Below, one piece after another: positions 47,522 through 57,788 of a stretch of DNA of 64,000 nt. The stretch covers positions 96,001-160,000 of the forward strand of contig CBDBFU010000011.1 in assembly GCA_965205025.1 (NCBI GenBank), read 5' to 3'. Numbering within the stretch: the stretch's first letter is position 1; every line of letters starts with the position of its first letter. This DNA comes from Candidatus Poribacteria bacterium (lineage in GTDB: Bacteria; Poribacteria; WGA-4E; WGA-3G). Under the pieces are notes generated by a model. It had not been told where the DNA came from and searched no databases. It saw only the letters and a list, made by a program, of their open reading frames with translations. The position numbers were made by a program, and so were the translations under genes.

Positions 47522-47582
47522 CAACGTTCCTTTCAAAATGGATGTTTTGAGTAATTTCATTGATAGTATCCAAGTATGTTTA

Positions 47583-48503
47583 TTAATTCTGAAAATTAAC
47601 AATTACTTCACGACTGCTTTTTTCTTGTAATGCATCCAATAGGGGTTGCACTGCTTTTTCATCCCCAAGTGTTGATAATGCACGAATTGCGTCAACTCTA
47701 AGAGATGATCCTTTATTTTGTGTGATTTTTACAAGTTCAGGAACAGCCTTACCCCCAATTTTCCCAAGTGCAGCCACTGCCAATTGGCGTACTTCCGGTT
47801 CTTCACGATCAGATTCCCGTTTTGCAGAACCTGAATCTACTATTGTAGCAAGGACAGGTATTGCATCTTCACTTCCAATTTCACCCAATGCTTTTACGAC
47901 ATTTAGGCGTGTCCCCATTTTCTTATGTTGTAATAGGTCAACCAGTAATGGAACAATTGTAGATGGATCAGATTTACCTATATTTGCCATTACCCAATGC
48001 GCATCATGTCGATCTCTATTGTCATTGGACTTAATTGCTTTTTCAAGTTGTTTTAAGAGTTGTCTACGGTCCCCCTGTTGATAAACAAGAGTTAATGCTT
48101 CTAAAGCAGCATTCTGTACATTTACATCATCGTCCCTGAGTGTATCAAAAATCAATATTTCAAGATATTCAGATGGATCTTCTTGATATGCCTTAAACAT
48201 ATGCTGTCCCCGTTTGGCAATTGATGCATTGTTCCAGTCAGGTTGATTAATATCGTAATATTCTTGTGAATCATAAAAGCCGAGTAGATAATGTGCCTCA
48301 GCATTATCACTCTCGATTTCAATTGCCAGTTTAAATTCACGAACTGCGCGTTCTTCTTTTCTTCGTTTATCAGATTTTATTAACTCTTTTCCTTTTGCAA
48401 GGTGTTCATTTTGATTGCCACACCCACATATAAATACTATAAGCCCAATTAATAGACATATTTTTCTCATCTTGTGTACCTGTCTGTTAAAAACAATACT
48501 CAT
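47583..48503 (-). CDS. Lipoprotein with TPR and HEAT (PBS-lyase-like) repeats
   Basis: ICGC lipobox, NAEAHYLLG, ALGEIG/ALGKIG/ALSTLG repeats. Confidence 0.78.
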   Translation of the reverse strand: MSIVFNRQVHKMRKICLLIGLIVFICGCGNQNEHLAKGKELIKSDKRRKEERAVREFKLAIEIESDNAEAHYLLGFYDSQEYYDINQPDWNNASIAKRGQHMFKAYQEDPSEYLEILIFDTLRDDDVNVQNAALEALTLVYQQGDRRQLLKQLEKAIKSNDNRDRHDAHWVMANIGKSDPSTIVPLLVDLLQHKKMGTRLNVVKALGEIGSEDAIPVLATIVDSGSAKRESDREEPEVRQLAVAALGKIGGKAVPELVKITQNKGSSLRVDAIRALSTLGDEKAVQPLLDALQEKSSREVIVNFQN

Positions 48504-48529
48504 GAAATAAATTTATTCCTGAAAATAGA

Positions 48530-49084
48530 TTAATTCTCATTTAATAGACTTTGTTGTTCTGCTTCAGGAGCGTCTTCTTGTTGCAGTTCATCTGTATCTT
48601 CTTCAACTTTATCATCTTCAATGACAGGTTCAACTCCTTCTGTAAGAGATTTTTCTAAAGTGACAATTGGTTTCTCAGAAAACCCCCAATCCTTGTATCT
48701 TTGTATCACAGGATTATCCGTAGAATTGATTTCGATTTCAAGTGTATTCAATCCTGCATCTTTCGCTGCTGACTCTGCAGCTGCAATCAGGTGGTCAGCC
48801 ACCCCTAACAATCGAAAAGGTCCTGAAACAGCGAGATTATTAATCTGTCCAGTTCCTTGATTCGTTGGATGTGGTTCTACTGAAATATGTCCGACAGCAT
48901 AACCGCTTGAATCAGCTACCAATCGTATCGTATTGTTGTCATCTGATAAATCAGTTTTTAATTCTTCCATGACTTCTGTATTAGTCTTATCTGGAAAACA
49001 GTATGTTTGTAAATGAACAGCATCATCTTCACTGGCTATTCTAACTTGTAACTTGCCTATCAGGTCAAAATCTTTATTATCCAT
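48530..49084 (-). CDS. GNAT N-acetyltransferase with acidic C-terminal tail
   Basis: LAVSGPFRLLGVA motif A, N..VIQRYKDWGF. Confidence 0.78.
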   Translation of the reverse strand: MDNKDFDLIGKLQVRIASEDDAVHLQTYCFPDKTNTEVMEELKTDLSDDNNTIRLVADSSGYAVGHISVEPHPTNQGTGQINNLAVSGPFRLLGVADHLIAAAESAAKDAGLNTLEIEINSTDNPVIQRYKDWGFSEKPIVTLEKSLTEGVEPVIEDDKVEEDTDELQQEDAPEAEQQSLLNEN

Positions 49085-49131
49085 ATTCGCCTCCAAGTTT
49101 ACCTTGAACAAACAATTCGGTCTATATAGTA

Positions 49132-51573
49132 TTATATTATATGATTTTCTGTTGTTTCTGTTGTATCAGTATATTCTATTGATTGTAATAAATCTTGTTC
49201 TTGTCCAATTCTCAGTTGTCGTTCAGCGTCTACTATATCACGATTTATCTTGCCAATACATCTATTAAGTTTTTCAGTTAATGTGTTGTGTCCTGTCATT
49301 GACCTGCGAATCTGACGCAGTTGGTCTATAACTAATCTGAAGGATCTTACAAAATCCCCATCATCAATATCCGCATATTCGGTTAATTTATCGAATGAGC
49401 AACCCCGACTCCATGCTAACATAGCAGTACATAAGCGTGTTTCTAAATATGGAACTAATTCCGTTACTCTTAGTTTTTCTTCTAATTGCCGTATGTGTAT
49501 AATTTCATCAGTAGCAGCGCCAAGAATAGATAGCATCTTTTTTTCTTTAAGTTTCTTAAAGTATCCATCTTTTCGTGGTTCTGATACAATTGTTATCATG
49601 AGACAATTAATTTCATCTTCTGTCATTCGTTCAAAAAAACCGCTATACAATAATTGGGTTAATTGGAGTTCGTATCCGTAAATATGTGATGCAGTGTTTC
49701 CTCGTGGAAGGAGTGTTTCAGATTCAATATAACCAAGTGACTTAAGTACATTAAGGCGTGCCCCTATTTGGTCCTGATGATAACTTTCTATAGATGTCTG
49801 TTTCTTCTTTAGATTTGTAATATACTGTTCATGTTTACGAATTGCTTGATACCTACTCAAGCACTGTTTCCGTTGATGACATTCAGTACAAAGGTTTTTT
49901 GAAAGCTCACTTTGTAATCTCTTCATCTTGTAGTTAATAGGTTCAAATTTCTCTTTCCGTTCTTTCTTTCTGGATTTCCCTTTTGGTAAATGTGATTTTA
50001 ACGTTGCCAATTCTACATACAACCTTTCAAGGGAATTATCCGTATTCCGTTTTTGTCTATAGTATCCCTCTATCTGTCTCATTGCATCAATGTTATCATG
50101 GATGCATGTAGGGAGTGGTAATTGTTCTCGTTTCTTATCCTGTTGGTCAATCTGTTTTTTTATTTCATGAATTCTTTTATAATTTTGATGGTTACTAAGG
50201 CTCATCGTATAGACATCATAAATACCTTCAGCGAATTTCTCATACAAATTCAGAATGCTTGAATAGGATAAATTAAACTGGCTATTGATGGGTTCTATTG
50301 TTTTCGAAACTGCTTTACTTACCTCAGGAAAAGTTGCATATATAGGTTCAATTTGTGAATAGACGTATCCGATTTCGTCAATTCCTCGTCTTCCTGCCCT
50401 TCCTGCCATCTGGTGATACTCTCGAGCCTTAAGATAACGGAAATTGACTCCATCAAATTTTTCAAGACTGTCAAATACAACTGTACAGGCTGGCATATTA
50501 ATTCCAACAGCAAATGTCTCTGTTGTGAACAGTAGCTGGATCAAACCCGAAGTAAACAATCTTTCAACAACTTCTTTGAGAGTAGGTAACATTCCTGCAT
50601 GATGATAAGCAATTCCACATTGTATTAATTCCCGAAAGTCTTCAATTTTCTTCTCTTCAATAATATCAAACTGTCTACAAAGAGAATCAAATTCCTTTAG
50701 AATCAATTCTCTTTTACTTTCCTCAAGAAAATTGGGTTCACCTAATGATGAAAAATAACGTGCGTTACTTTCACATCTTTTACGACTAAAACAAAAATAT
50801 AAACAAGGAAGTCTTTTTTCATCATGTAAGTATGGAATTAGTTCTTTCGAAAGAATACCTTTGGGAATAGTATCTTTATCTATCCTATTTTTTCCACTTG
50901 TCTTTTGAGATTTACTATTAGATTTCTTTTTTTTACGACTATTCTTAGCAATTCTGCGTAGATCTTTGAGATGTTCTATATTTCCAATACCAAAACCCTG
51001 ATAGTAAAGATTATGTTCTAATGGAACTGGTCGTTCTAATTCCTCAACAACTTTGATATCAATATCCCTTACACTTTGCATCCATTCTGCAAAAGATCGA
51101 ATATTGGGTATAGTAGCACTAAGACTTACGAATTTGATATGTTGTGGAGCAAAGATAATACTTTCTTCCCAAACAGTACCGCGTTCAATATCATTTATAT
51201 AGTGAATTTCGTCAAAAATAACATAAGAAACATCTTGTAGTCTTGTAATATCATCAAAGATTGTGTTTCTAAATATCTCAGTTGTCATTAATAAGATTTG
51301 TGCATAAGGGTTTAGGACGACATCACCGGTAACAATACCGATTCTATCACCATATACTGATTGAAAATCTCTATATTTTTGGTTGCTTAGTGCTTTTATT
51401 GGAGCGGTGTAGATGACACGGTTGTTGGTTTGAAGACACTTTTCTACAGCATATTCTGCAATAACTGTTTTTCCTGCTCCAGTTGGGGCAGTAACTATCA
51501 CCGATATATCATGATTAATCGCTTCAATTGCTTCTACTTGAAACGGATCAAGTTTGAATCCTTTGTATTGCAT
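49132..51573 (-). CDS. Ski2-like (HelY/DOB1) DExH helicase
   Basis: APTGAGKT, PIKALSNQKY, DEIH, LSAT, HHAGM, QMAGRAGRRG, DSHCT-like C-terminus. Confidence 0.93.
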   Translation of the reverse strand: MQYKGFKLDPFQVEAIEAINHDISVIVTAPTGAGKTVIAEYAVEKCLQTNNRVIYTAPIKALSNQKYRDFQSVYGDRIGIVTGDVVLNPYAQILLMTTEIFRNTIFDDITRLQDVSYVIFDEIHYINDIERGTVWEESIIFAPQHIKFVSLSATIPNIRSFAEWMQSVRDIDIKVVEELERPVPLEHNLYYQGFGIGNIEHLKDLRRIAKNSRKKKKSNSKSQKTSGKNRIDKDTIPKGILSKELIPYLHDEKRLPCLYFCFSRKRCESNARYFSSLGEPNFLEESKRELILKEFDSLCRQFDIIEEKKIEDFRELIQCGIAYHHAGMLPTLKEVVERLFTSGLIQLLFTTETFAVGINMPACTVVFDSLEKFDGVNFRYLKAREYHQMAGRAGRRGIDEIGYVYSQIEPIYATFPEVSKAVSKTIEPINSQFNLSYSSILNLYEKFAEGIYDVYTMSLSNHQNYKRIHEIKKQIDQQDKKREQLPLPTCIHDNIDAMRQIEGYYRQKRNTDNSLERLYVELATLKSHLPKGKSRKKERKEKFEPINYKMKRLQSELSKNLCTECHQRKQCLSRYQAIRKHEQYITNLKKKQTSIESYHQDQIGARLNVLKSLGYIESETLLPRGNTASHIYGYELQLTQLLYSGFFERMTEDEINCLMITIVSEPRKDGYFKKLKEKKMLSILGAATDEIIHIRQLEEKLRVTELVPYLETRLCTAMLAWSRGCSFDKLTEYADIDDGDFVRSFRLVIDQLRQIRRSMTGHNTLTEKLNRCIGKINRDIVDAERQLRIGQEQDLLQSIEYTDTTETTENHII

Positions 51574-51789
51574 TAATGCTCCGTTTATAAATAATATAAC
51601 AAAAATTAGTATATCTAATCTAAGGTAAATTGTCAAGATGGGTATGTAAAGTTTTTGACATGAATTCCCTTATCTTGTGTTTGGATTACGCGGATTACAC
51701 GGTTAACGCAGAGAAGATGATAATCGTTTTTTCTAAACTCTGGATACTACAAATGCTACTTATACTTTCAAAGTGAGATAAAATACCTA

Positions 51790-51970
51790 ATTATGTTAGA
51801 TGTATGAACGATGTGATTTGAAAAAGTGTTAATATTTTTTGTTCTGAGATGATTGCACTTTCACGGAAACCTTCACGGAGCAATTTTACGAACCCTTGTT
51901 CTATAAGGGTTTATAATTTTAACTATACCAATTTTCCGTGAATCACATATGTTAATCGTGTCATAACTTC
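51790..51970 (-). repeat. Non-coding module A, inverted copy
   Basis: CACTTTCACGGAAACCTTCACGGAGCAATTTTACGAA...CTATAAGGGTTTATAATTT, the reverse complement of the 18375-18557 core. Confidence 0.8.
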
Positions 51971-52184
51971 AATTATCAGGACTAATTAAAAGAAAAGATC
52001 TTAGGCATTTGTAATTGAGATTTCACTACTTCATTGTGCCTTTAGATTGCATCTCAACAGACAAAGAGGATATGAAAGTCCTATAAGAGATTATCTAAAC
52101 ACATTTGTCCTGTTGGGGTTATTATCCTATATATTTACCTTATTTCAATGATTCTCAATAGTTATATTTATGTTATTTTATTGT

Positions 52185-52312
52185 TGAAAAAAGTTACACT
52201 TTTTGTCACACGGTGTGACATTGGTAAAACCTCTCTCCCGTCAGTACTACACTGGGTTTAAAGCCATTTTTTTAATGTCACAAGAATTTGTCACAGTGAC
52301 GATTTTTGTGTC
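52185..52312 (-). repeat. Non-coding module B, inverted copy
   Basis: GAAAAAAGTTACACTTTTTGTCACACGGTGTGACATTG. Confidence 0.7.
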
Positions 52313-52368
52313 TTTTTCTATTTTTCTTATCTATTGATTTGACATGTTAGTTTTCATTAGAAATGTTC

Positions 52369-52486
52369 GGAATCCAGGAATCCAGGAATCAACGGTATGA
52401 ATGCTATTTAGCATTCCCCGGGTATGAATGCCATAAATCAACGGTATGAATGCCATTTAGGCATTCCCCGGGCATTCCCCGCCTAC
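52369..52486 (-). repeat. Self-nested GGGGAATGC(C)TAAAT...GCATTCATACCGT elements with GGAATCCA tandem repeats
   Basis: ACGGTATGAATGCTATTTAGCATTCCCCG and ACGGTATGAATGCCATTTAGGCATTCCCCG. Confidence 0.75.
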
Positions 52487-52591
52487 AGAAGAGAAGATTG
52501 CGTAATTCAACCAATAGGGAGGTTCCGTCCCTACAAAGAGGAATTATATTAATTAGAAGTATTCTAAATAATGGGATATTCTGTAGTAAAA

Positions 52592-52710
52592 TGAAAAAGT
52601 TACACTTTTCGTTACATGGTGTAACTTTGAAAAAACGCTCTAATCCCTGTTCCAGACTGGATTTATGGCTATTTTCTTGAAATTTAAGAATTTTGATTTT
52701 TGTGCCATTT
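52592..52710 (-). repeat. Non-coding module B, third copy with altered palindrome core
   Basis: GAAAAAGTTACACTTTTCGTTACATGGTGTAAC. Confidence 0.6.
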
Positions 52711-52888
52711 TCGGGTTTTTCTGATTGTCTTGACTTCTGAAGCCATCCGTTATTTTTTCTATGTCTGATTGTATTTTTATAAAGATTTTGGATTTTCATT
52801 TCTTTTTTCCTATTTATTGCTCTTACGTGATTCTGATAAGACACATTGTAACCGGGACTTTTAGTTAATACCAGAGTGCACAAACTGG

Positions 52889-53002
52889 ATGAAGATTAAT
52901 TTTTAAATTCGGTAATCTTAAAGATAAGATCCCGTGCGGTTAGGAAACCGCACCTACCGGTTTGGGAAATTAGAATTACCGAAATATTTTCTTAATCTTC
53001 AT
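52889..53002. mobile_element. MITE family A inserted in a different REP and carrying a REP
   Basis: ATGAAGATTAA...TTAATCTTCAT; flanks rejoin to GCACAAACTGG|GAAAGTTTGTGCTAC; internal GTGCGGTTAGGAAACCGCACCTAC. Confidence 0.85.
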
Positions 53003-53091
53003 GAAAGTTTGTGCTACAAAGACTATCTTCAGGACAAAATTCTGTTTATCGAACTGACATTTGTTATTATCAAACTGGCGTTATTGTAACC

Positions 53092-53199
53092 TAATGGGTT
53101 GTCCATCCTAAAATTATAAGTATCAATAAATCATGTCGCGACCAGGAGGTCGCTCCTACAAAAAAAACTACTCACAAAATTAACGTGGACAATCCACTA
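53092..53199. mobile_element. MITE family C (TA-flanked, IS630/Tc1-like ends) carrying a REP
   Basis: TAATGGGTTGTCCA / TGGACAATCCACTA ends; internal GCGACCAGGAGGTCGCTCCTAC. Confidence 0.65.
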
Positions 53200-53217
53200 A
53201 GTTGCCACCTATTCACT

Positions 53218-53290
53218 TACATAGCACTCCGCTGGAGTGCGAGAATGTGCCGATAGTGTTTTCTATAGACATAGCACTCCGCTGGAGTGT
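53218..53290 (-). repeat. Two CACTCCGCTGGAGTG palindromic repeats
   Basis: ACATAGCACTCCGCTGGAGTG twice; a copy also at 18309. Confidence 0.85.
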
Positions 53291-53446
53291 AATACCATTT
53301 CTATAAATGATTCTCCCATGATTAGGTGATAGTTGTGTCTTGAAATACCACACAAACTGGAAGTTTGTGCTACATTAAAGAGATTCTATTAAAGAGACTT
53401 AAATTACCAGAAATGGTGTAAGAATGTCCTGTATGTACGATTCAAT

Positions 53447-54196
53447 TTATGAGATACCCTGTTGTATGGATTCCTTACTATTCTCGGACATTGTGATTTT
53501 ATTCAATGTCTGAATAGTTTTGGTAATTGAATTTGTAATCAGGTAAATATCTCTGGCAGTAATATCTTCTTTTTCCAAAGCACTCTGCATCTGTTTTACA
53601 TTATCAACTAATACACTAATCTGTTCAGCTGTATTCGTTAAAGGTAGGTTTGTAGTCAATTCAATTTTCCTACGGCGTGCGTCTCTCCATATCTCTCCAT
53701 ACTTTTGTTCTGGCCAACGTGGATGTCCAGGTTTGAGATGAGCTAACCGTTGAACTAATGCCCTTCGTATTTTTTTTATTCCTATTGCATCTTCTAATGC
53801 TAATCGTCGCATTGCAGGATTTTCCTCTATCATTGTATTTATGGCTTCAGTTGTAGTACACCCTTGTGCATGATATTCCACAACACTTCTTCGTATATTT
53901 TCCACAAAAAAACTGGTGAGATATTTGATTAATATCTGACTAACAATACTCTGAATAATTTCTATTGTCCCCTCGTCTGACTCTTCAATTGTCTCAATAT
54001 CCATGATTGATAGAATATTGCTAATAACGTATTCCTGTACGGCTGCAACAAATTCGTTAACAACAAGATCGGTATTCTTAGCAAGTCGAAGTATATCCAT
54101 TATTTTATCTGGAAGATTGTTAATATACTTAATATATTGGACTTCATCTTCTAACAGCAACGTTCTTAGCTTAGTAGTATGTTCATTGGTTGACAT
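53447..54196 (-). CDS. Hypothetical protein; C-terminal half resembles phage DUF2280 proteins
   Basis: ...AHLKPGHPRWPEQKYGEIWRDARRRKIELTTNLPLTN...; AAGGAG RBS; TTGACA-N17-TACTAT at 54505-54477. Confidence 0.55.
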   Translation of the reverse strand: MSTNEHTTKLRTLLLEDEVQYIKYINNLPDKIMDILRLAKNTDLVVNEFVAAVQEYVISNILSIMDIETIEESDEGTIEIIQSIVSQILIKYLTSFFVENIRRSVVEYHAQGCTTTEAINTMIEENPAMRRLALEDAIGIKKIRRALVQRLAHLKPGHPRWPEQKYGEIWRDARRRKIELTTNLPLTNTAEQISVLVDNVKQMQSALEKEDITARDIYLITNSITKTIQTLNKITMSENSKESIQQGIS

Positions 54197-55037
54197 GGTA
54201 GTTCTCCTTTATAGGTATTAATATTTTCATAACAAAATATTTAGATGTGAAATTTCAAACTGGTCTAAAGTCAGTCTTAGTAAGGGTTTATAGATATTTC
54301 TGAAAAATGCGTTATTTTTTATTTTTTTTACTAATTTCATATTCTGCTGTTGTTTGAACTGTTCTAAACCCTGTTCTGGTATGGGTTTGTAGGCATATCA
54401 GAATATGATTTCCTTTTCATAACTGTTATGAAAGTTTCATAACAACTTCTCACGACCTGATTTTAATGTGATATATATAGTAACATAATAAAATTTATAT
54501 GTCAATCAAAAAATCATATATTGTGAGATATATTTTTATTTTATTTACTGATATTAGTAATATGTTATGAGTATATCTACAATATTATATCTTTAGTTGT
54601 ATTATGGTTTGGTTTTCTTCAATAATTCTTCAATTATTTCTTGGTTGTTGTGTTTAAGTTGAATTTTTCTATGTGTTAATTCATTTTTTATTTGGGAGCT
54701 TATAGGGAAAGATGGCTTATCGTCTGAAATGCGGATTTCACGGATTGCGTGGAAAAGGTTGAGTTTCTGATTTCCTGTTGCAAGTATAGTGATTTGGTTT
54801 CGCAATAAGTAGATACGGGCTTATATATGTATGTGAGGATTTTTTTGTTTGTTTGTTTAGTATGATGCATTGTATTCTTAGGAAAAAACCGATACCAAAA
54901 TTGAGTTTTAGACTTGCGAATTATGCATAAGTTCCTTATGATTGTATACATAATCAGGGGGCTTCGCACGACACAGATCAAACAACCATAATTCATTCAT
55001 TGATACCAATGTCAATTTATAACAAATTAAACCTAAC

Positions 55038-55835
55038 TCACTTACCTATCAATTGACGAATTTCCCCAGCAGCATAATCTATTAGTTCAATTACATGTCT
55101 CTGTTTTATAACAATGCCGAGCCCAAGTATCTGCTCAATCCCAACACCAGACATATTTGCGGGCAAAATTTGAAGTTGTGAATTCTTAACCATCGTTTGA
55201 CAGATAACACCAAGTAATAAAGCATCATGACCAGACTTAACAAAAACTGGACTTCCACTTTGCCCTTTAAACACTTGTGCATCAATAACAACTTCACCTC
55301 TACCATTAAAATCTACATCTGGCATTGATGCTATAGTTCCTGTCCTAATCAAAGGTAGATTGTTTACGGTATCATATCTGTTTTCTGGATAACCAGCAAA
55401 CATAACATCACTACCTAGAGCGATTGTCCCATAATCTATAGGCTCTAAATTCCGCTTGTCTAAACATCTAAAATGAACATTTTCATTTAAAAAATCAGTA
55501 ACATCTAAACATGCTAAATCAATATCTGAATCTGGATGGGGATAATACCTGTACCTAAAATCCTCTATAACAAACCCTTCTATATTCCCTAAATCTGGTA
55601 TTTCATTATCCTTTTTTCGATTCAAAAAGACAGTCAATTCCCTATCCAATTCAGACATATCTTCTGAACCAAGAATTACATGTTTATTCGAAATCAGCAT
55701 TAGTTTTTGAAAATTTACATCATTCCAAATAACATCAAGATGGAAAAAGAAACCTGTTCCAATTAAAAATTTATCTTCAGATACCTTAACATGAATTTTT
55801 GTAGTTAGATACGGTAATTCCTGTTGTAAGCTCAT
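55038..55835 (-). CDS. Stand-alone cytoplasmic trypsin-like serine protease
   Basis: GTGFFF, SNKHV (His), DLA (Asp), GYP, GQSGSP (Ser); no signal peptide. Confidence 0.85.
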   Translation of the reverse strand: MSLQQELPYLTTKIHVKVSEDKFLIGTGFFFHLDVIWNDVNFQKLMLISNKHVILGSEDMSELDRELTVFLNRKKDNEIPDLGNIEGFVIEDFRYRYYPHPDSDIDLACLDVTDFLNENVHFRCLDKRNLEPIDYGTIALGSDVMFAGYPENRYDTVNNLPLIRTGTIASMPDVDFNGRGEVVIDAQVFKGQSGSPVFVKSGHDALLLGVICQTMVKNSQLQILPANMSGVGIEQILGLGIVIKQRHVIELIDYAAGEIRQLIGK

Positions 55836-55904
55836 TTATAACATCCTTTTTATAATAAGTTTGAAAATTATACGCAAGTTCCTTATAATTCGAGACAAAT
55901 ACTA

Positions 55905-56147
55905 ATGAATGGTGTAAAAATGACAGACACACAAAATGACAAATTGGAATACCCAAACCTTAGAGAACAAATGGGTGATGAAGCATACGAGAAAATGGTT
56001 GAAAAAGTGAATTCAGAGTTCAGGGAATGGCTTGATAAAAGAATTCAAAAACGCCTTCAATTTTATAAAGTCATAAACGAAATTGCTCTCTTTGCTGCAA
56101 GAATTGTAGACGAACCCCATTGCTGCAAGTGCATCGATAAATGCTGA
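55905..56147 (+). CDS. Hypothetical small protein
   Basis: 80-aa ORF overlapping an opposite-strand TPR-like fragment. Confidence 0.35.
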   Translation: MNGVKMTDTQNDKLEYPNLREQMGDEAYEKMVEKVNSEFREWLDKRIQKRLQFYKVINEIALFAARIVDEPHCCKCIDKC

Positions 56148-56339
56148 ATCTCGTTTTGCTATTGCCCTGTTATATTTCAAAAACCTAAACTCAGGATATG
56201 ACTCAGATAAATCATTAAACTTAGTTATACCTTCATCAAACTTTCCTTGAAGGCATAATACTATTGCTACCCTATTTTGTATTCTCAAACTATCATCTAT
56301 ATAACTATTATCTGTTTTAGTAAAAATATTTATATTCAC
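56013..56339 (-). pseudogene. TPR-like gene fragment
   Basis: QNRVAIVLCLQGKFDEGI..F...YP....KYNRAIA single TPR-like unit. Confidence 0.35.
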
Positions 56340-56433
56340 TGTTAATCAATATTTCTTCAGGAAATTTTTCAATCGATTCTTCATTTTCCATTTTACATAT
56401 CTCCGTTTCTTACTCAAAAACCACCTATTTGAA

Positions 56434-57294
56434 TCATATCTCATCTATCATATTCAACAAGTCCTCTACAAGAATTATGTACTGACATTTTTTATCAAGA
56501 ATAAGTTCATCATGAAGATTCCATACAGAGACAGTCTTCTCATTTTTTAATCTGGTATCAGATATATTTGTATGTGTTTTAATATAATCTTTTCCTGTAT
56601 GAAGAAACCAATCCAATTGAAGATGTTTGAAAATATCTAAATATCCGACATTTCTACATCCACCATCAACAATTGATCCGCTCCAATCCACCTTAAAAAA
56701 AGTTATAAATCCCTCTGGCAAATTATAATTATCTATTTTTCTTACAAGGTTGAATAAATACTCTATAGATTTAACTGTTTTATTTCCAAAGAGTTTATCT
56801 CTTTCTTCAATTCCATCATCAAATTGCATATCACTTTTTAGAATCTTTATTGTATTTGACACAAGAGGTTTTAGAATTTTGCGGTCATTTTCTCCTATTT
56901 CTTTTGATATATTTAGGAATTCTTCCAGCGATATATTTCTAAGATACAAACCCTGATACTTATAATCTTTATCCGACATTATATCAAGATTCTCTATTAC
57001 AGAATGATCATGAGTTTTAAAACCTATACGAAATTCTATATGATGCCTTATTACATCTATAATTTTTTCTAAAGTAATATCTATATCTTCTCCACCGCCA
57101 ACTTTATATAGTACAGATGAATTTATATTATTAGATCCATAATCTGGTATTACTTCCAATATTTTTTTCAATATGGTTGACACACAATATAAATGAACCT
57201 GAACTCTATCTATAGCAAACATTCCAAAAGGCGAAAATTCTTCTACTCTATTTATTTCATACATTAACTTTTCTCTAAACATTTGTAAATTCAT
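56434..57294 (-). CDS. Hypothetical protein
   Basis: 286-aa AT-rich ORF with AAGGAG RBS; no recognisable motif. Confidence 0.7.
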   Translation of the reverse strand: MNLQMFREKLMYEINRVEEFSPFGMFAIDRVQVHLYCVSTILKKILEVIPDYGSNNINSSVLYKVGGGEDIDITLEKIIDVIRHHIEFRIGFKTHDHSVIENLDIMSDKDYKYQGLYLRNISLEEFLNISKEIGENDRKILKPLVSNTIKILKSDMQFDDGIEERDKLFGNKTVKSIEYLFNLVRKIDNYNLPEGFITFFKVDWSGSIVDGGCRNVGYLDIFKHLQLDWFLHTGKDYIKTHTNISDTRLKNEKTVSVWNLHDELILDKKCQYIILVEDLLNMIDEI

Positions 57295-57529
57295 TTAGGA
57301 TAATCTCCTTTATCACAAATCAGTTTAAAACAATTCATTGGCATATATTTCCAACAAATTATATAATAGGTGGTGAACGGAGAAGATTGCTCGCTCTTTA
57401 GGAGTTTTTACTTGTTAAAGTAGACAAAGTATTTAGAAGTAATTCAAGAGGAGGCAACTCATTCATCTCTGGACAAAGGGTTGAATAAAAGCAACAGCTA
57501 AACTGCCTTCCCCTTCAATCTATCTATTA

Positions 57530-57558
57530 ATTATATCCTGTGTCTTTACCGATGTCAA
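57530..57558 (-). promoter_or_regulatory. Consensus sigma-70 promoter
   Basis: TTGACA-N17-TATAAT exact on the minus strand. Confidence 0.8.
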
Positions 57559-57788
57559 TTTGATGTCAATTTATAATTGGCATATCAACTGAACGAAATA
57601 CACGCCCTGTATATAACAGAGGCGTGCGAAAAATATAACCATAAAAACAAGAACGTTTTTATAATTGTGAGATCATAAATGAAGTTTAAAAAAATAATTA
57701 AGAAACTTTTTAGAAACAAAAAAAAGCAAAAAATACAAGAACAAGTTTTTAGACATTCCTTAATGAATCAATAAAACAAAGCAAAAAT

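Noticed and set aside
47521-47602. Frameshift fusing the two HEAT-repeat ORFs
   Set aside because: The downstream ORF has its own RBS (GAAAGGAA), start and lipoprotein signal, so two genes is the simpler reading
54602-54996. Two short minus-strand ORFs
   Set aside because: Overlapping, compositionally biased, and without RBS or motifs
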